Shown here: positions 8,423-17,160 of the stretch, piece by piece
Numbering within the stretch: the first letter of the stretch is position 1
Layout: every line of letters starts with the position of its first letter
IMG/VR virus record: IMGVR_UViG_3300028840_003357
Location: 1 to 61,703 of that record
DNA: 61,703 nt
Reading direction: 5' to 3' (one strand)
DNA from: a virus
Lineage: Duplodnaviria; Caudoviricetes
The notes under the pieces: generated by a model
The model's input: the letters and a program-made list of their open reading frames with translations, nothing else
Database searches by the model: none
Told to the model about the DNA's origin: nothing
Position numbers and translations under genes: made by a program

Positions 8423-8937
8423 TTGAAAAACCTCCTGCAATACTCCGCGATAAGGATCCCGTCGCCGTCGCCTTCGTCCCTTCCATTCCTGTTCGTTCGC
8501 TTGATCTGTTTCTTGTGCTTGGGGAAGAGACGACAGGCTATATCTCTGCTCGCTTTCTTCAGTTCGGATGGACCTTTCACACCCTTCGGCAGCATCTCCT
8601 TCTGCCATTCCTTCGAGTCGATGTAGGTGATGGGAAAGTCAAGGAAGTTGATGACCACCAGCGTGGCCTCGAGAGCACGTAGCGCTGATCTTGTCGCAGC
8701 GAACCTCTTCGGATTCACCATCGGCCTCTCCATCATGATCTTCACTGTCTTGGCGTCCTTGGTGAAGTCGTACAGGATGTCGTCAAGCTTCGTGGCGTCC
8801 ACCCTTGTGATGTTCCCTTTCTTCTTGGTGTAGTTCTGCTCGACGAATGTGGGCATCGGAACGAATATCGTGGCGCCGCACTTGATACCGCCGATGGATC
8901 CAGTGACGCCATTATCGATTCCGATGTAGGCTGTCAT
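8419..8937 (-). CDS. RuvC-like Holliday junction resolvase
   Basis: YIGIDNG, MMERP and DGDGILIAEY acidic catalytic motifs. Confidence 0.8.
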   Translation of the reverse strand: MTAYIGIDNGVTGSIGGIKCGATIFVPMPTFVEQNYTKKKGNITRVDATKLDDILYDFTKDAKTVKIMMERPMVNPKRFAATRSALRALEATLVVINFLDFPITYIDSKEWQKEMLPKGVKGPSELKKASRDIACRLFPKHKKQIKRTNRNGRDEGDGDGILIAEYCRRFFK

Positions 8938-9869
8938 CTCTTTCTCCTCCTGTCTCTGATCTTGTTTGTCGTCTGCTTCCTTTCGTGTCTGGCGGAGGCG
9001 GACCTGTCTTCAACCACCTGAAAGTCTCCGGCGAAGAGATCCTCCCACCGCTTGAACTGCGGACCCTCTATGAAACTGTTCATGCCGTATCGCTGTGCGA
9101 CGAACTTCAGACCTTCGATGTCGAAGTCGTCTTCGCAGATGTCGAGATCTTTTGTGGCTGGATGCGGAAGGCGGACCAGGCTCTCGTTCCTGTCTATCAG
9201 ACCAGCTTCGATTGCCGCTTCGATCTTCTCGAAAGTCTTCGTGTCAGGATTCATCTTTCTCGTTATCCACTGTATCGCTTTCTTCTCGCCTACGCCTGCG
9301 ACGCCTTTGACATTGTCCGAAGAACAGCCGCCGATGGCCTTCACCCTCCACCAGTCTTTCGGATGGATTCCGTACTCGATTTCGAACGATCTCTTGGTCC
9401 AGCTCTTCTTGCTTGACGGATTGAATATCTCCGTCTCTTCTGTCAGGCATTGGAAGAGATCCTCATCGGACGTGACTATCACCGAGTCGGGTACTCGTTC
9501 GGCGATCCAAGCCATCAGGTCGTCGGCTTCGATTCCCCACTGCTCGAAGATGTTGTTGAATCCTATCTCCTGGAGGATGTGATACTTCAGTTCATCCATC
9601 TGTTCCCATAGGATCGAATACGTCGCCAGCTCGTCGTCCGTGTGTTCCCTCCTGTGAGACTTGTACTCGGAATACTCCATCCGCCTGTAGCTCTTCCTCG
9701 AGTCCCAGCAGAGCGCGAACCTGTTGGACCTGAACTGATGGCCAAGATAGAGAAGGCGATTCAGGAAGCCAAAGACGACGCCGCTCGGCACGCCGTCGTG
9801 ATCGAGATCTCGCATCGTGTAGAACGCCTGATACGACAGATAGTTGCAATCAATTATCATCGTCTTCAT
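8934..9869 (-). CDS. 5'-3' flap exonuclease (T5 D15 / T4 RNase H-like)
   Basis: IIDCN, YKSHR, EADD, TSDEDL, and H3TH G.SSDNVKGVAGVGEK. Confidence 0.9.
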   Translation of the reverse strand: MKTMIIDCNYLSYQAFYTMRDLDHDGVPSGVVFGFLNRLLYLGHQFRSNRFALCWDSRKSYRRMEYSEYKSHRREHTDDELATYSILWEQMDELKYHILQEIGFNNIFEQWGIEADDLMAWIAERVPDSVIVTSDEDLFQCLTEETEIFNPSSKKSWTKRSFEIEYGIHPKDWWRVKAIGGCSSDNVKGVAGVGEKKAIQWITRKMNPDTKTFEKIEAAIEAGLIDRNESLVRLPHPATKDLDICEDDFDIEGLKFVAQRYGMNSFIEGPQFKRWEDLFAGDFQVVEDRSASARHERKQTTNKIRDRRRKR

Positions 9870-10275
9870 CTTCGAACCTCACTCCCAGTCTCTTCGCAGA
9901 CTCCTTCGGCAGGAACTCTGCGGCGAGCCATCTCGCCAGATAGTCCACCAGCGACTTGGCTCTTCCGATGCGCGGATCCTCTGTCCATCCACTTGGTTCA
10001 TGCCTTATGTGTGCCAGCTTCCCAAGGATCGGTTCGATGGCGTCGCTGTCCATCTGGAATAGACAGCTGAGGACCATGCACAGAGGATCGTGAATGTGGC
10101 CGTCGCCTTTCTCCCTGATGAATATCTCCCTCAGGATTCCATCTTCGTCGACGTTCGCTATCAGATAGAACTCGAAGTCGCCCTCCGAACTTTTTATCAC
10201 GCCCTTGTGAGTCAGGCCGCTCCAGTTCGGATTTGTTTTCATGTCTCTTTTCTTCCTGTTCTTGAATGTGGTCAT
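9850..10275 (-). CDS. Stand-alone class II ribonucleotide reductase C-terminal (TSCPD-like) domain
   Basis: EDGILREIFI and RHEPSGWTEDPRIGRAKSLVDYLARWL resemble the NrdJ C-terminal domain. Confidence 0.7.
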   Translation of the reverse strand: MTTFKNRKKRDMKTNPNWSGLTHKGVIKSSEGDFEFYLIANVDEDGILREIFIREKGDGHIHDPLCMVLSCLFQMDSDAIEPILGKLAHIRHEPSGWTEDPRIGRAKSLVDYLARWLAAEFLPKESAKRLGVRFEDEDDDN

Positions 10276-11378
10276 TCGTATCTCTTCTTTCTGTCGACCT
10301 TCAGACATTCTTCGATGACATTCCATCCATCCTGGACTTCGTCCTTCAGCTCTTCAAGCCAGCCGTTGTCGCTCTCGATCTTCGTGATGAGATCCTCCAC
10401 GCTCAGCTGTGCTTTCATGAATCCTTTGGTGTTCACCTTGGACTTTGTCCCTGTCCAAACTTTGTTGGACATCAGCCAGTTGATCATCGAACCTATGTCG
10501 TCAACGCCGTAGTCCGTGTAGATCGGAACCTCGATGTCGCGCCGCTTTCCTGTCAGCTTGCTCCTGTGGCTTCTGATGACCACATCGTGCCCGATGGTCC
10601 TCTTCTTTCCTCTGACCGTGCGCTTGATCTGTCCCTTGATCGCCATCCACATCTCGTGAGAGGAAAAGAACTTCAGCCCCTTTCCACCTGCGCGTCTCTT
10701 CTGGGCTCCGAACGTCCCTGGATTCATCACATCCCTGGTCTGGCTGACGACGATGAGAACCGAGTCCGTCTTTCGAAGTTTGGTCTTGCATTTGCGAAGT
10801 GCCTCGTTGAGAATGGCAGGCTGTCTTGGGAAGTCCCTGTTCATCTCTTCCCCTTTCGCCTCCTTCTGCTGACGCTTGATCTCCTCCCTGCTTGTCATGC
10901 CATCATAGGAGTCAAGGATGTAGACGAACGGACTGTCATCGTCGAAAGTGTTCCAGACGTTGTTCTTGAAATCCTCGACCGTCTCACTGCATCCGAAGTC
11001 TGGATCGCCGTAGGGCGTTCCCCACGGATCCACTATTCTGTCGGCAAGCTTCGGGCCGAACACCTTCCTGACGTCCATCTCCAGAGCGCTTTCTGCATCG
11101 TCGTAGATGAACCGCCAGTTCTCCCAGAAATCATCGAGCGACATCTCCATCAGTCCGGACAGAACTTCGATGGTCTTGCCGCTGTTGCTGTCGCCCACGA
11201 GGTTGACGATCTTTCCGCCGCCGTATCCTCCTCTGGCTTGGTCGCTCACTGCCAGGTTCAGCATCGTGCTTCCCGTGGGAATGAGAAGCCGACTGGATTC
11301 GACAGCCGGCTCCTCTTCGCGGGAATGCTCACGAACTTGCTTCACCACTTTCCTGGTTTCGCTTTTCTTTCGTGGCAT
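10272..11378 (-). CDS. recA: RecA/UvsX-like recombinase
   Basis: IPTGS.MLNLA, Walker A GDSNSGKT, DAE.AL, ILDS, SQTRD, GGKGLKFFSS. Confidence 0.9.
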   Translation of the reverse strand: MPRKKSETRKVVKQVREHSREEEPAVESSRLLIPTGSTMLNLAVSDQARGGYGGGKIVNLVGDSNSGKTIEVLSGLMEMSLDDFWENWRFIYDDAESALEMDVRKVFGPKLADRIVDPWGTPYGDPDFGCSETVEDFKNNVWNTFDDDSPFVYILDSYDGMTSREEIKRQQKEAKGEEMNRDFPRQPAILNEALRKCKTKLRKTDSVLIVVSQTRDVMNPGTFGAQKRRAGGKGLKFFSSHEMWMAIKGQIKRTVRGKKRTIGHDVVIRSHRSKLTGKRRDIEVPIYTDYGVDDIGSMINWLMSNKVWTGTKSKVNTKGFMKAQLSVEDLITKIESDNGWLEELKDEVQDGWNVIEECLKVDRKKRYE

Positions 11379-11387
11379 CTTGGTCTC

Positions 11388-12569
11388 CTATTTGCGACGC
11401 CTTCCTGAGCGCCTCTTCTTTGGCTTCTCCTCTTCCTCTTCTGCCTCTGGATCCTCGATGTACCCCTCGCCTTTGCAGATGCGACAGGTACGACCGCGGG
11501 TGTTCTTTCCTCTGCCTTCGCAGGCGGGGCAGATCACGTAACCGTCAGGAACGTCGTCAGGATCGATGCCACCTTCCCCGTCTTCGCCATCTTCGCTCTT
11601 CTCTGAGCTCGGCTCTGGCGAGGATTCCTGCTCCTGGCTCCCATCCTCCTCGTTTCCCTCCTCTTCCTCAGGTTCTTTCTTCTTGCGACGTCGCCTGCGA
11701 GGCTTCTCTTCCTCCTCTTCCTCTTCACCCTTTTCCTCTTCAGGCTCTTCCTCAGGCTCCTTCTTTTTCCTGCGCCTGCCACCGACTGACCGCTTCGGCT
11801 TCTCCTCCTCTTCGGGTTCTTCCTCTTCGCCTTCGCCGACGTCGTCCTCGCCTATCCCCTGGAACTTCGCCTCGATCTCCTCATAGGTGAGGATCATGAG
11901 AACTCCGTCAAGGTTGACGACCTGTTCCAGCAGTTCGTCGTCATAGTCTTCCCTGGACTTGAAGTCGATGCTGACGCACGGGAAGGAAGTGAATCCCTGA
12001 CCGTCGCTTCCTGTTCCTTTCTTCTCTTCGAAGTCACAGATGAGCGTGCATCCGTTCTCCAATTCAAAGAAATCGCCGCGCTCTTCGAGGTCCTGTGCGA
12101 CTCTCTTCTCCAGCAGTTCGCCGAAGAGAAAAGTGCTGTAGTCGAGCACCATCACGACCGGTTCGTCCGCCTGGATATCGACGACGTTATACAGCGCTCT
12201 GTTCTTGGGCCATAGAGCCCGGAGCGTGTCCTTGTCTGCGTCGCCACTCCTGCTGAGGCTTTCGGCCTCTTCGCAGATCGGGCAAGGCTCGCCGATGCTT
12301 CTCGGACAGACGATCCTTTCGTTGTTGACTCCGACGTCCTTGTGGATCATGAAGGGACGCGTGTACCAGGTATCTCCCTGTTCCACCTCGTCAGGATGAG
12401 ACTCATCCGTGACCTTGTACGGAAGTATATCCAGCTTGTACGTCTTGCCCTCGGGCGTGAACAGCTCGACATCTTCCGGCAGGTCGACATATCTCGCTCC
12501 GCTGAATGCTCGACCCTTCTTTGCCGCCTTCCGCTTGTGAAGGTCGTGTTTACTCTTTTTCTTCGCCAT
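11388..12569 (-). CDS. Single-stranded DNA-binding protein (gp32-like) with charged tail and C-terminal Zn finger
   Basis: H..V...CP...GEPCPICE Zn motif, YNVVD; long E/K/R tail; CPACEGRG...CRICKGEG. Confidence 0.75.
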   Translation of the reverse strand: MAKKKSKHDLHKRKAAKKGRAFSGARYVDLPEDVELFTPEGKTYKLDILPYKVTDESHPDEVEQGDTWYTRPFMIHKDVGVNNERIVCPRSIGEPCPICEEAESLSRSGDADKDTLRALWPKNRALYNVVDIQADEPVVMVLDYSTFLFGELLEKRVAQDLEERGDFFELENGCTLICDFEEKKGTGSDGQGFTSFPCVSIDFKSREDYDDELLEQVVNLDGVLMILTYEEIEAKFQGIGEDDVGEGEEEEPEEEEKPKRSVGGRRRKKKEPEEEPEEEKGEEEEEEEKPRRRRRKKKEPEEEEGNEEDGSQEQESSPEPSSEKSEDGEDGEGGIDPDDVPDGYVICPACEGRGKNTRGRTCRICKGEGYIEDPEAEEEEEKPKKRRSGRRRK

Positions 12570-12714
12570 CTTCTCTGTCCTCCTTCTTTCTTCTCATCTC
12601 CTCTATCCATCCTCTCGCGAACGCCCGACCTGCTATCCTGAGAACCACCCAGATGAGCACGATAGCGACCAGCAAGAGGAACGCGGTCGTCAGTATGTTC
12701 AGGGCGTCGTTCAT
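12550..12714 (-). CDS. Small single-TM protein (54 aa)
   Basis: Translated by hand: MNDALNILTTAFLLLVAIVLIWVVLRIAG...; overlaps both neighbours. Confidence 0.6.
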   Translation of the reverse strand: MNDALNILTTAFLLLVAIVLIWVVLRIAGRAFARGWIEEMRRKKEDREDGEEKE

Positions 12715-13211
12715 GACTTCTCTTTTCTTCTCCTCCTTCCTGCTCTTCTTGACTTGATTCCGTCGACAACTTCCTTCCTTTCCAGTGACCTGAGACGTTC
12801 TGCCTCTTCACTGAGATTCCTTGGTGCCTCTGGTGAGGCGAAATAGTTTGCGACGACAAGCTTCGCCAGGTTCTCGAGAGCGACTTTCCTCTGGTGGAAG
12901 GCGAAGACCGCACCATCAAGGATGTCGGCCTCCAGCTCTGCTTCGAAGAGTTCTTCCTTGGCGTCCTGATGATCCGGATGTGTTCTGTAGTATGCTTCTG
13001 CCTGCTTGTCAGTCTTGACTTCGCCCAGCTTCTTGGCTTCGATCATCAGTTCTGATCTCACGACCTTCACCCTTTCCGCTTTCTTCTTGGCTCGCTTCTT
13101 GGCTTCCGCTGCCATACGCGAATACTTGGCAAACAGCTCCGCCTGATTGAGCCATTCGACGTCTAGCGCATCAGGGTCTATTCTCAAATCGTCTCTGTAG
13201 TCTGTGTCCAT
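12711..13211 (-). CDS. UvsY-like recombination mediator
   Basis: DLRIDPDALDVEWLNQ helical protein next to SSB and RecA. Confidence 0.6.
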   Translation of the reverse strand: MDTDYRDDLRIDPDALDVEWLNQAELFAKYSRMAAEAKKRAKKKAERVKVVRSELMIEAKKLGEVKTDKQAEAYYRTHPDHQDAKEELFEAELEADILDGAVFAFHQRKVALENLAKLVVANYFASPEAPRNLSEEAERLRSLERKEVVDGIKSRRAGRRRRKEKS

Positions 13212-13226
13212 CTTTCCTCCTCAATG

Positions 13227-13232
13227 ATTATA
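13227..13232 (-). promoter_or_regulatory. TATAAT -10 element
   Basis: Intergenic TATAAT about 15 nt upstream of ATG 13211, ahead of a GAGGAGG RBS. Confidence 0.4.
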
Positions 13233-13238
13233 GCCTCT

Positions 13239-13445
13239 TCAGATCCTGTCTTGCGGATCCAGAATTATGTCTGGAATCCTGTGAGCGTTGTTCACGATGT
13301 AGGCTATCAGCTCTGGCCATCGCTGTCTCATATCTTCCTGTTCGTAGCACCAGACCAGATAGGAGTCTGGAACGTCCTCCATCTTCCTGCCTTTGTACTT
13401 TCCGAAAGGCATCTCGTCATTGTGTTCAAGGATCGTTGGCATCAT
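13239..13445 (-). CDS. DUF3820 / exonuclease X C-terminal-like small protein
   Basis: MPFGKYKGRKMEDVPDSYLVW motif. Confidence 0.75.
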   Translation of the reverse strand: MMPTILEHNDEMPFGKYKGRKMEDVPDSYLVWCYEQEDMRQRWPELIAYIVNNAHRIPDIILDPQDRI

Positions 13446-13972
13446 TTTCCTCCATAGCATCTGTGATACATGTCAAGAAACTGGTGCTCGGCCGCTTCTG
13501 GAGTCATCGGCACGATCGGTATCGTCTTGGCGACCTTCACCTTGATGAAAGGTTCTGACATCAACTGTTCTTCCGCCAGACGAACCTTGTCGTTTGCCTT
13601 CCTGACTTCTGGAGGCAGACCGAGATACGGCTCGTCTATCTCAAGAAGTCCAAAGCGCCTGAACACTATGACGTCCACGGGTCTGTTGGCGTGCCTGATC
13701 TCTTCGTACAGGTGATTGTCAACCTGCGAGGCGAGAACGTCTCCGTAATATGCCTTCGGAGCTTCGTGGAGAAGAGCCCACAGACGCATCTCTTTTCCCA
13801 CGAGACCGGCGACGGTCAGACTGTGTTGAGCGACGCTGTAGAACCATCTGCACGCTCCGTTGAAGCAGCAGATATTGCTGAGGTGGTGGGCCACGTCTTT
13901 GATGTCTATGTCCTCCAGCTTCAGCCTGTCAAGGTTGAGTAGTTTCCCGGTGTAGGTTGGCATTGAATCCAT
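13442..13972 (-). CDS. HD-domain (YfbR/DatZ-like) nucleotidase, degenerate motif
   Basis: DIDIKDVAHHLS..C.FNG, YSVAQHS, LLHEAPKAYYGDV (family consensus LLHD..EAY.GD). Confidence 0.75.
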   Translation of the reverse strand: MDSMPTYTGKLLNLDRLKLEDIDIKDVAHHLSNICCFNGACRWFYSVAQHSLTVAGLVGKEMRLWALLHEAPKAYYGDVLASQVDNHLYEEIRHANRPVDVIVFRRFGLLEIDEPYLGLPPEVRKANDKVRLAEEQLMSEPFIKVKVAKTIPIVPMTPEAAEHQFLDMYHRCYGGK

Positions 13973-14865
13973 CAGCAATCCTCCGTGTATCTGTGCATGT
14001 TTCCAACGCTGACGACAACCTCATAGCCGTCGACGTCTACGGCTTCACAAATCATACATGACATGCGACTGAGCACGTCCGTATCCTTCCTGATCATCTC
14101 CACGTCCTGAGATCGCTGGAACACGGAGCAATAGAGCTTGTCTCTTCTGACTTGAAACTGTGCCGAGACGTAGCAGTTCGGAAGCGGTTGTGCTTGACTG
14201 AAAGCGATGACTGCCTGCCTTGACATCGGATCGTCCTTGAGGATCCTCTTGACTCTTTTTATTTCATTCCAGTTGACCTTCAGTTTCTTGAGGACATAAT
14301 CGTTCTCTTCTCTGTCCTGAGGAGAACAGAAGAAATCGTCGTTGAATGTGTATCCATAATTGAGTATCTCCAGAACCTTTCTTCCGTCCGCTAGTTCTCC
14401 CTGTTCGCCTGCGAGGTCGACATACTCTCTTGTCTTCTCCACAAGTTCGCTGGCCGGCGTCACTCTTTCGATGTAGTCTGCGACTTCTTTGTCCTTCGCG
14501 CAGTATCCTATCAGCCGTCTGTAGAAAACGTGGAAGGATTCAAGAGCGTAGTCGCCGATACCTGTCATGTCTTTCAGCAGATCCGCTTCGCCTTGCATGA
14601 TCTTTTTCTTCTGAGACTGAGTCAGGCCGATCCATTCACCGGAGAAGTCTCTTATCATCTTTGCCTTGCGATTCTGGAGGCCGAGGCTTGCGAGAGGTTC
14701 GGCGATCTTCTCTTCATCCGAAGTCCATACCTTCGAGGGATTCCAGAACCGTTTGAAGAAACCTCGCATGACTTCCTTCACTTTCCTTCCGGTCGTACGG
14801 TTCAGCATGATACAGGCGACCATCATCTTCCACGGATCATTCCTGTAGATGTCTTGGACCATCAT
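13972..14865 (-). CDS. Fusion: MBD4-like HhH DNA glycosylase + thymidylate synthase/dNMP hydroxymethylase-like domain
   Basis: N-terminal PWKMMVACIMLNRT, LGL, GIGDYA..S...F and a conserved Asp; C-terminal D.MSRQAVI, LPNC, QF, FQRSQD, GNMHRY. Confidence 0.75.
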   Translation of the reverse strand: MMVQDIYRNDPWKMMVACIMLNRTTGRKVKEVMRGFFKRFWNPSKVWTSDEEKIAEPLASLGLQNRKAKMIRDFSGEWIGLTQSQKKKIMQGEADLLKDMTGIGDYALESFHVFYRRLIGYCAKDKEVADYIERVTPASELVEKTREYVDLAGEQGELADGRKVLEILNYGYTFNDDFFCSPQDREENDYVLKKLKVNWNEIKRVKRILKDDPMSRQAVIAFSQAQPLPNCYVSAQFQVRRDKLYCSVFQRSQDVEMIRKDTDVLSRMSCMICEAVDVDGYEVVVSVGNMHRYTEDC

Positions 14866-15737
14866 GACTGCACCTCTTTCGTCTCATACTGATCCGAACC
14901 GTACATCAATTCGTTGCGAGTCTTATCGTGGAGAGTCCAGTCATTCTCTCCTTCGTCGCTGACCTTGTGATCGTCGTTTCTTTTGTAGATACAGTTCGCC
15001 GTGTATCCTCGCTTCTGATGAAAGCACCTTCCGTCGCCGCAGTGCGACTTGAAATATGAAGTCATCCAGGGGAACTTTTCCGACACGAGAATTTTCATGT
15101 CCTGAACCATGATATTCATCTCCGGATGTTCTTCCTGATCGCATACGCGCTTGGCATATATCGACAGAAGAGTCGGAAGCGTGACGCTCACGTAGCACCA
15201 ACTTGGAATGGTCTTCGGCAGGCAGAACCTGGCGTCGCCGTTGGCTATCTCTCCGGTGTCGAGAAAGTCTGAGTACAGTCTCTTTCCCTCCTGAACCCAG
15301 TTCTCATATCGTTCCAGAAGCTCCGGGAACTTCGTGAAGGCTCTCGGAACGAGGACGTCGCTGTGCCGAAAGTCTTTGACCGCTTGAGACTGCTGCATGT
15401 AGCAGATGCCGATCCTGTTTCTGACAAGCGAATGGGTGCCGTGAAGGCTCAGACCTTCGACGCGAAAGCAGAACTTTGCGTGTTCGAGTCCCTGTCCAAG
15501 CATCCTTCCATTCATCAGTCCATCGATGGTCTCTTCCACATCCTCTTCTGCGGCTTCCATCATGTAATCCTTGTACCACGATGCCTGCGACATGTTGACG
15601 AAGACTCTCTTCAGTCTCTCCGGATCCGGCCAGTCGATGAGTTCGACCTTGACCGCCATCAGGTTGTCGATGAACTTCGTCCTTGGCTTCTGACCTTTCT
15701 TGATTCCAAACATCTGCTTGATTCTTTTCAGGTTCAT
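14862..15737 (-). CDS. thyX: Divergent flavin-dependent thymidylate synthase (ThyX-like)
   Basis: LEH..F.F.VEGLS...H.LVRNR...QQSQ and DARFCLP; the canonical RHR...S.R motif is altered. Confidence 0.7.
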   Translation of the reverse strand: MNLKRIKQMFGIKKGQKPRTKFIDNLMAVKVELIDWPDPERLKRVFVNMSQASWYKDYMMEAAEEDVEETIDGLMNGRMLGQGLEHAKFCFRVEGLSLHGTHSLVRNRIGICYMQQSQAVKDFRHSDVLVPRAFTKFPELLERYENWVQEGKRLYSDFLDTGEIANGDARFCLPKTIPSWCYVSVTLPTLLSIYAKRVCDQEEHPEMNIMVQDMKILVSEKFPWMTSYFKSHCGDGRCFHQKRGYTANCIYKRNDDHKVSDEGENDWTLHDKTRNELMYGSDQYETKEVQS

Positions 15738-15895
15738 GCCTTCTCCACTCCATGCTTATCCACGTGCCGCTTGATCACGTCGCCGCTTTCGAGACGGACG
15801 AGGACTGTGTTGCGATTGACCTTTACCACGAACGCTATCACTCTTCTGGCGTCCACCATCACGCTGACTCTGTCTCCAACTTCCAGCACTTCCAT
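15734..15895 (-). CDS. Small SH3/KOW-like beta protein (53 aa)
   Basis: Translated by hand: MEVLEVGDRVSVMVDARRVIAFVVKVNRNTVLVRL...; coupled at both ends. Confidence 0.6.
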   Translation of the reverse strand: MEVLEVGDRVSVMVDARRVIAFVVKVNRNTVLVRLESGDVIKRHVDKHGVEKA

Positions 15896-17160
15896 CAGCC
15901 TTTCCTCCTCTCTTTTTCTTTCAACAACTTCCTGTATCTGTCCTCGACTATCGAAGACTTCTCGTCGAATAGCCGGAACAGTTCTTCAGGTGTGATTCCC
16001 CACGCTATCATGAGATTCAGGACGTATTTGAAAACATCGACGATCTCCATCTTGACAGCGTGTTCGTCGACGACCTTCGCTTCTCTGTGAATCTTGTAGT
16101 TGACGCCGTCGAGGATCTCTCCGATTTCTGGATACAGATGGAGGATGAAGTTCTTGGTCAGCTGATCCCTGTATTCGTCATCGGCGAGCCTATTGAAATC
16201 ATGGAATCTCCGCGTGAAGTTCATCTGCCTGTTCCACACCATCCTGAAGTCAATGTCGAACTTCGCCTGCCGAACTACATCGCCGATCTTGATCCTGTGG
16301 TCCCAGTTGGCGAACCTTCCTGCGAAGAGGATCCGCTCTGGAGAAACGTTGTTCAGATTCGTCATGATGACGCTTCTGGGATCGATCCAGTAATCGACGA
16401 CGGAATCTGGACCGCCGGGAACAAGCGAAGCCACCACGTCAGGCGGAAGCTGTCCGGGAAATTCGTAGAGGAATGGTCCCTCGCCTCTGTTCCTTGTCAC
16501 CACTCTTGCCTGCTGATACTCGTCGTCGACGAAGTACATCACGCTGAAGGATTCCGGATCGATGTCGTCGATGATCCTGTCGCAAAGTACGAAGGTTGTG
16601 GCGCCGCTGGCCAGCTCGATTTCTGGATCCGGCTTTCGATGATAGAGTTCCCAGAAGATGTCAGCTGGAATCGTCGACACTATCTCGTCGTATGTGTAGC
16701 TTGTCGTGTCGCTGACGATGGCCTTGTCGGTGATGCGAATGACCTCGTCCTTGACGAACGACGCCCCGTCGGATAGTTTCTGTATCAGTTCTTGGAAGTC
16801 TATCTCGAAGGTGTCGATGTAGTAATCGCCTGTGCTGAGGTTGAAGTCTTTCGGCTCGAAGGCAACGTCCATCATCTTCTTTCGGATCAGTGCGAGCTTA
16901 TCCTGTTCCGTTATCTTCTCCATCACCTTGCCGCCTTTGAAATACTTGATCCGTCTGGTGCTCTTCTCATATTCAGTTCCTGTGTCTATCAGGAGGCGCT
17001 CGGTGTCTTCGCAGGCGTGAAGGAAGATCGTGTTTGCCATTCCTTCCCTGGCGAGCTTTCCGCCAACTTCCGGTGAGATGATTTTGAATTCTGGATTGTA
17101 GTACGCCCAGATGAGACCGGATAATCCGCCGCCGATGATGTACTTGCCTTCGTTGCGCAT
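15895..17160 (-). CDS. Fusion: FAD-dependent oxidoreductase (UDP-galactopyranose mutase-like fold) + all-alpha dUTPase/MazG-like domain
   Basis: YIIGGGLSGL, IVSTIP, FAGRFANW; C-terminal EIGEILD...YK.H...EIVDVFKY. Confidence 0.75.
   Translation of the reverse strand: MRNEGKYIIGGGLSGLIWAYYNPEFKIISPEVGGKLAREGMANTIFLHACEDTERLLIDTGTEYEKSTRRIKYFKGGKVMEKITEQDKLALIRKKMMDVAFEPKDFNLSTGDYYIDTFEIDFQELIQKLSDGASFVKDEVIRITDKAIVSDTTSYTYDEIVSTIPADIFWELYHRKPDPEIELASGATTFVLCDRIIDDIDPESFSVMYFVDDEYQQARVVTRNRGEGPFLYEFPGQLPPDVVASLVPGGPDSVVDYWIDPRSVIMTNLNNVSPERILFAGRFANWDHRIKIGDVVRQAKFDIDFRMVWNRQMNFTRRFHDFNRLADDEYRDQLTKNFILHLYPEIGEILDGVNYKIHREAKVVDEHAVKMEIVDVFKYVLNLMIAWGITPEELFRLFDEKSSIVEDRYRKLLKEKERRKG

Noticed and set aside
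13442-13972. Z-genome (2-aminoadenine) pathway suggested by a DatZ-like HD protein
   Set aside because: No PurZ homolog in the window and the HD motif is degenerate
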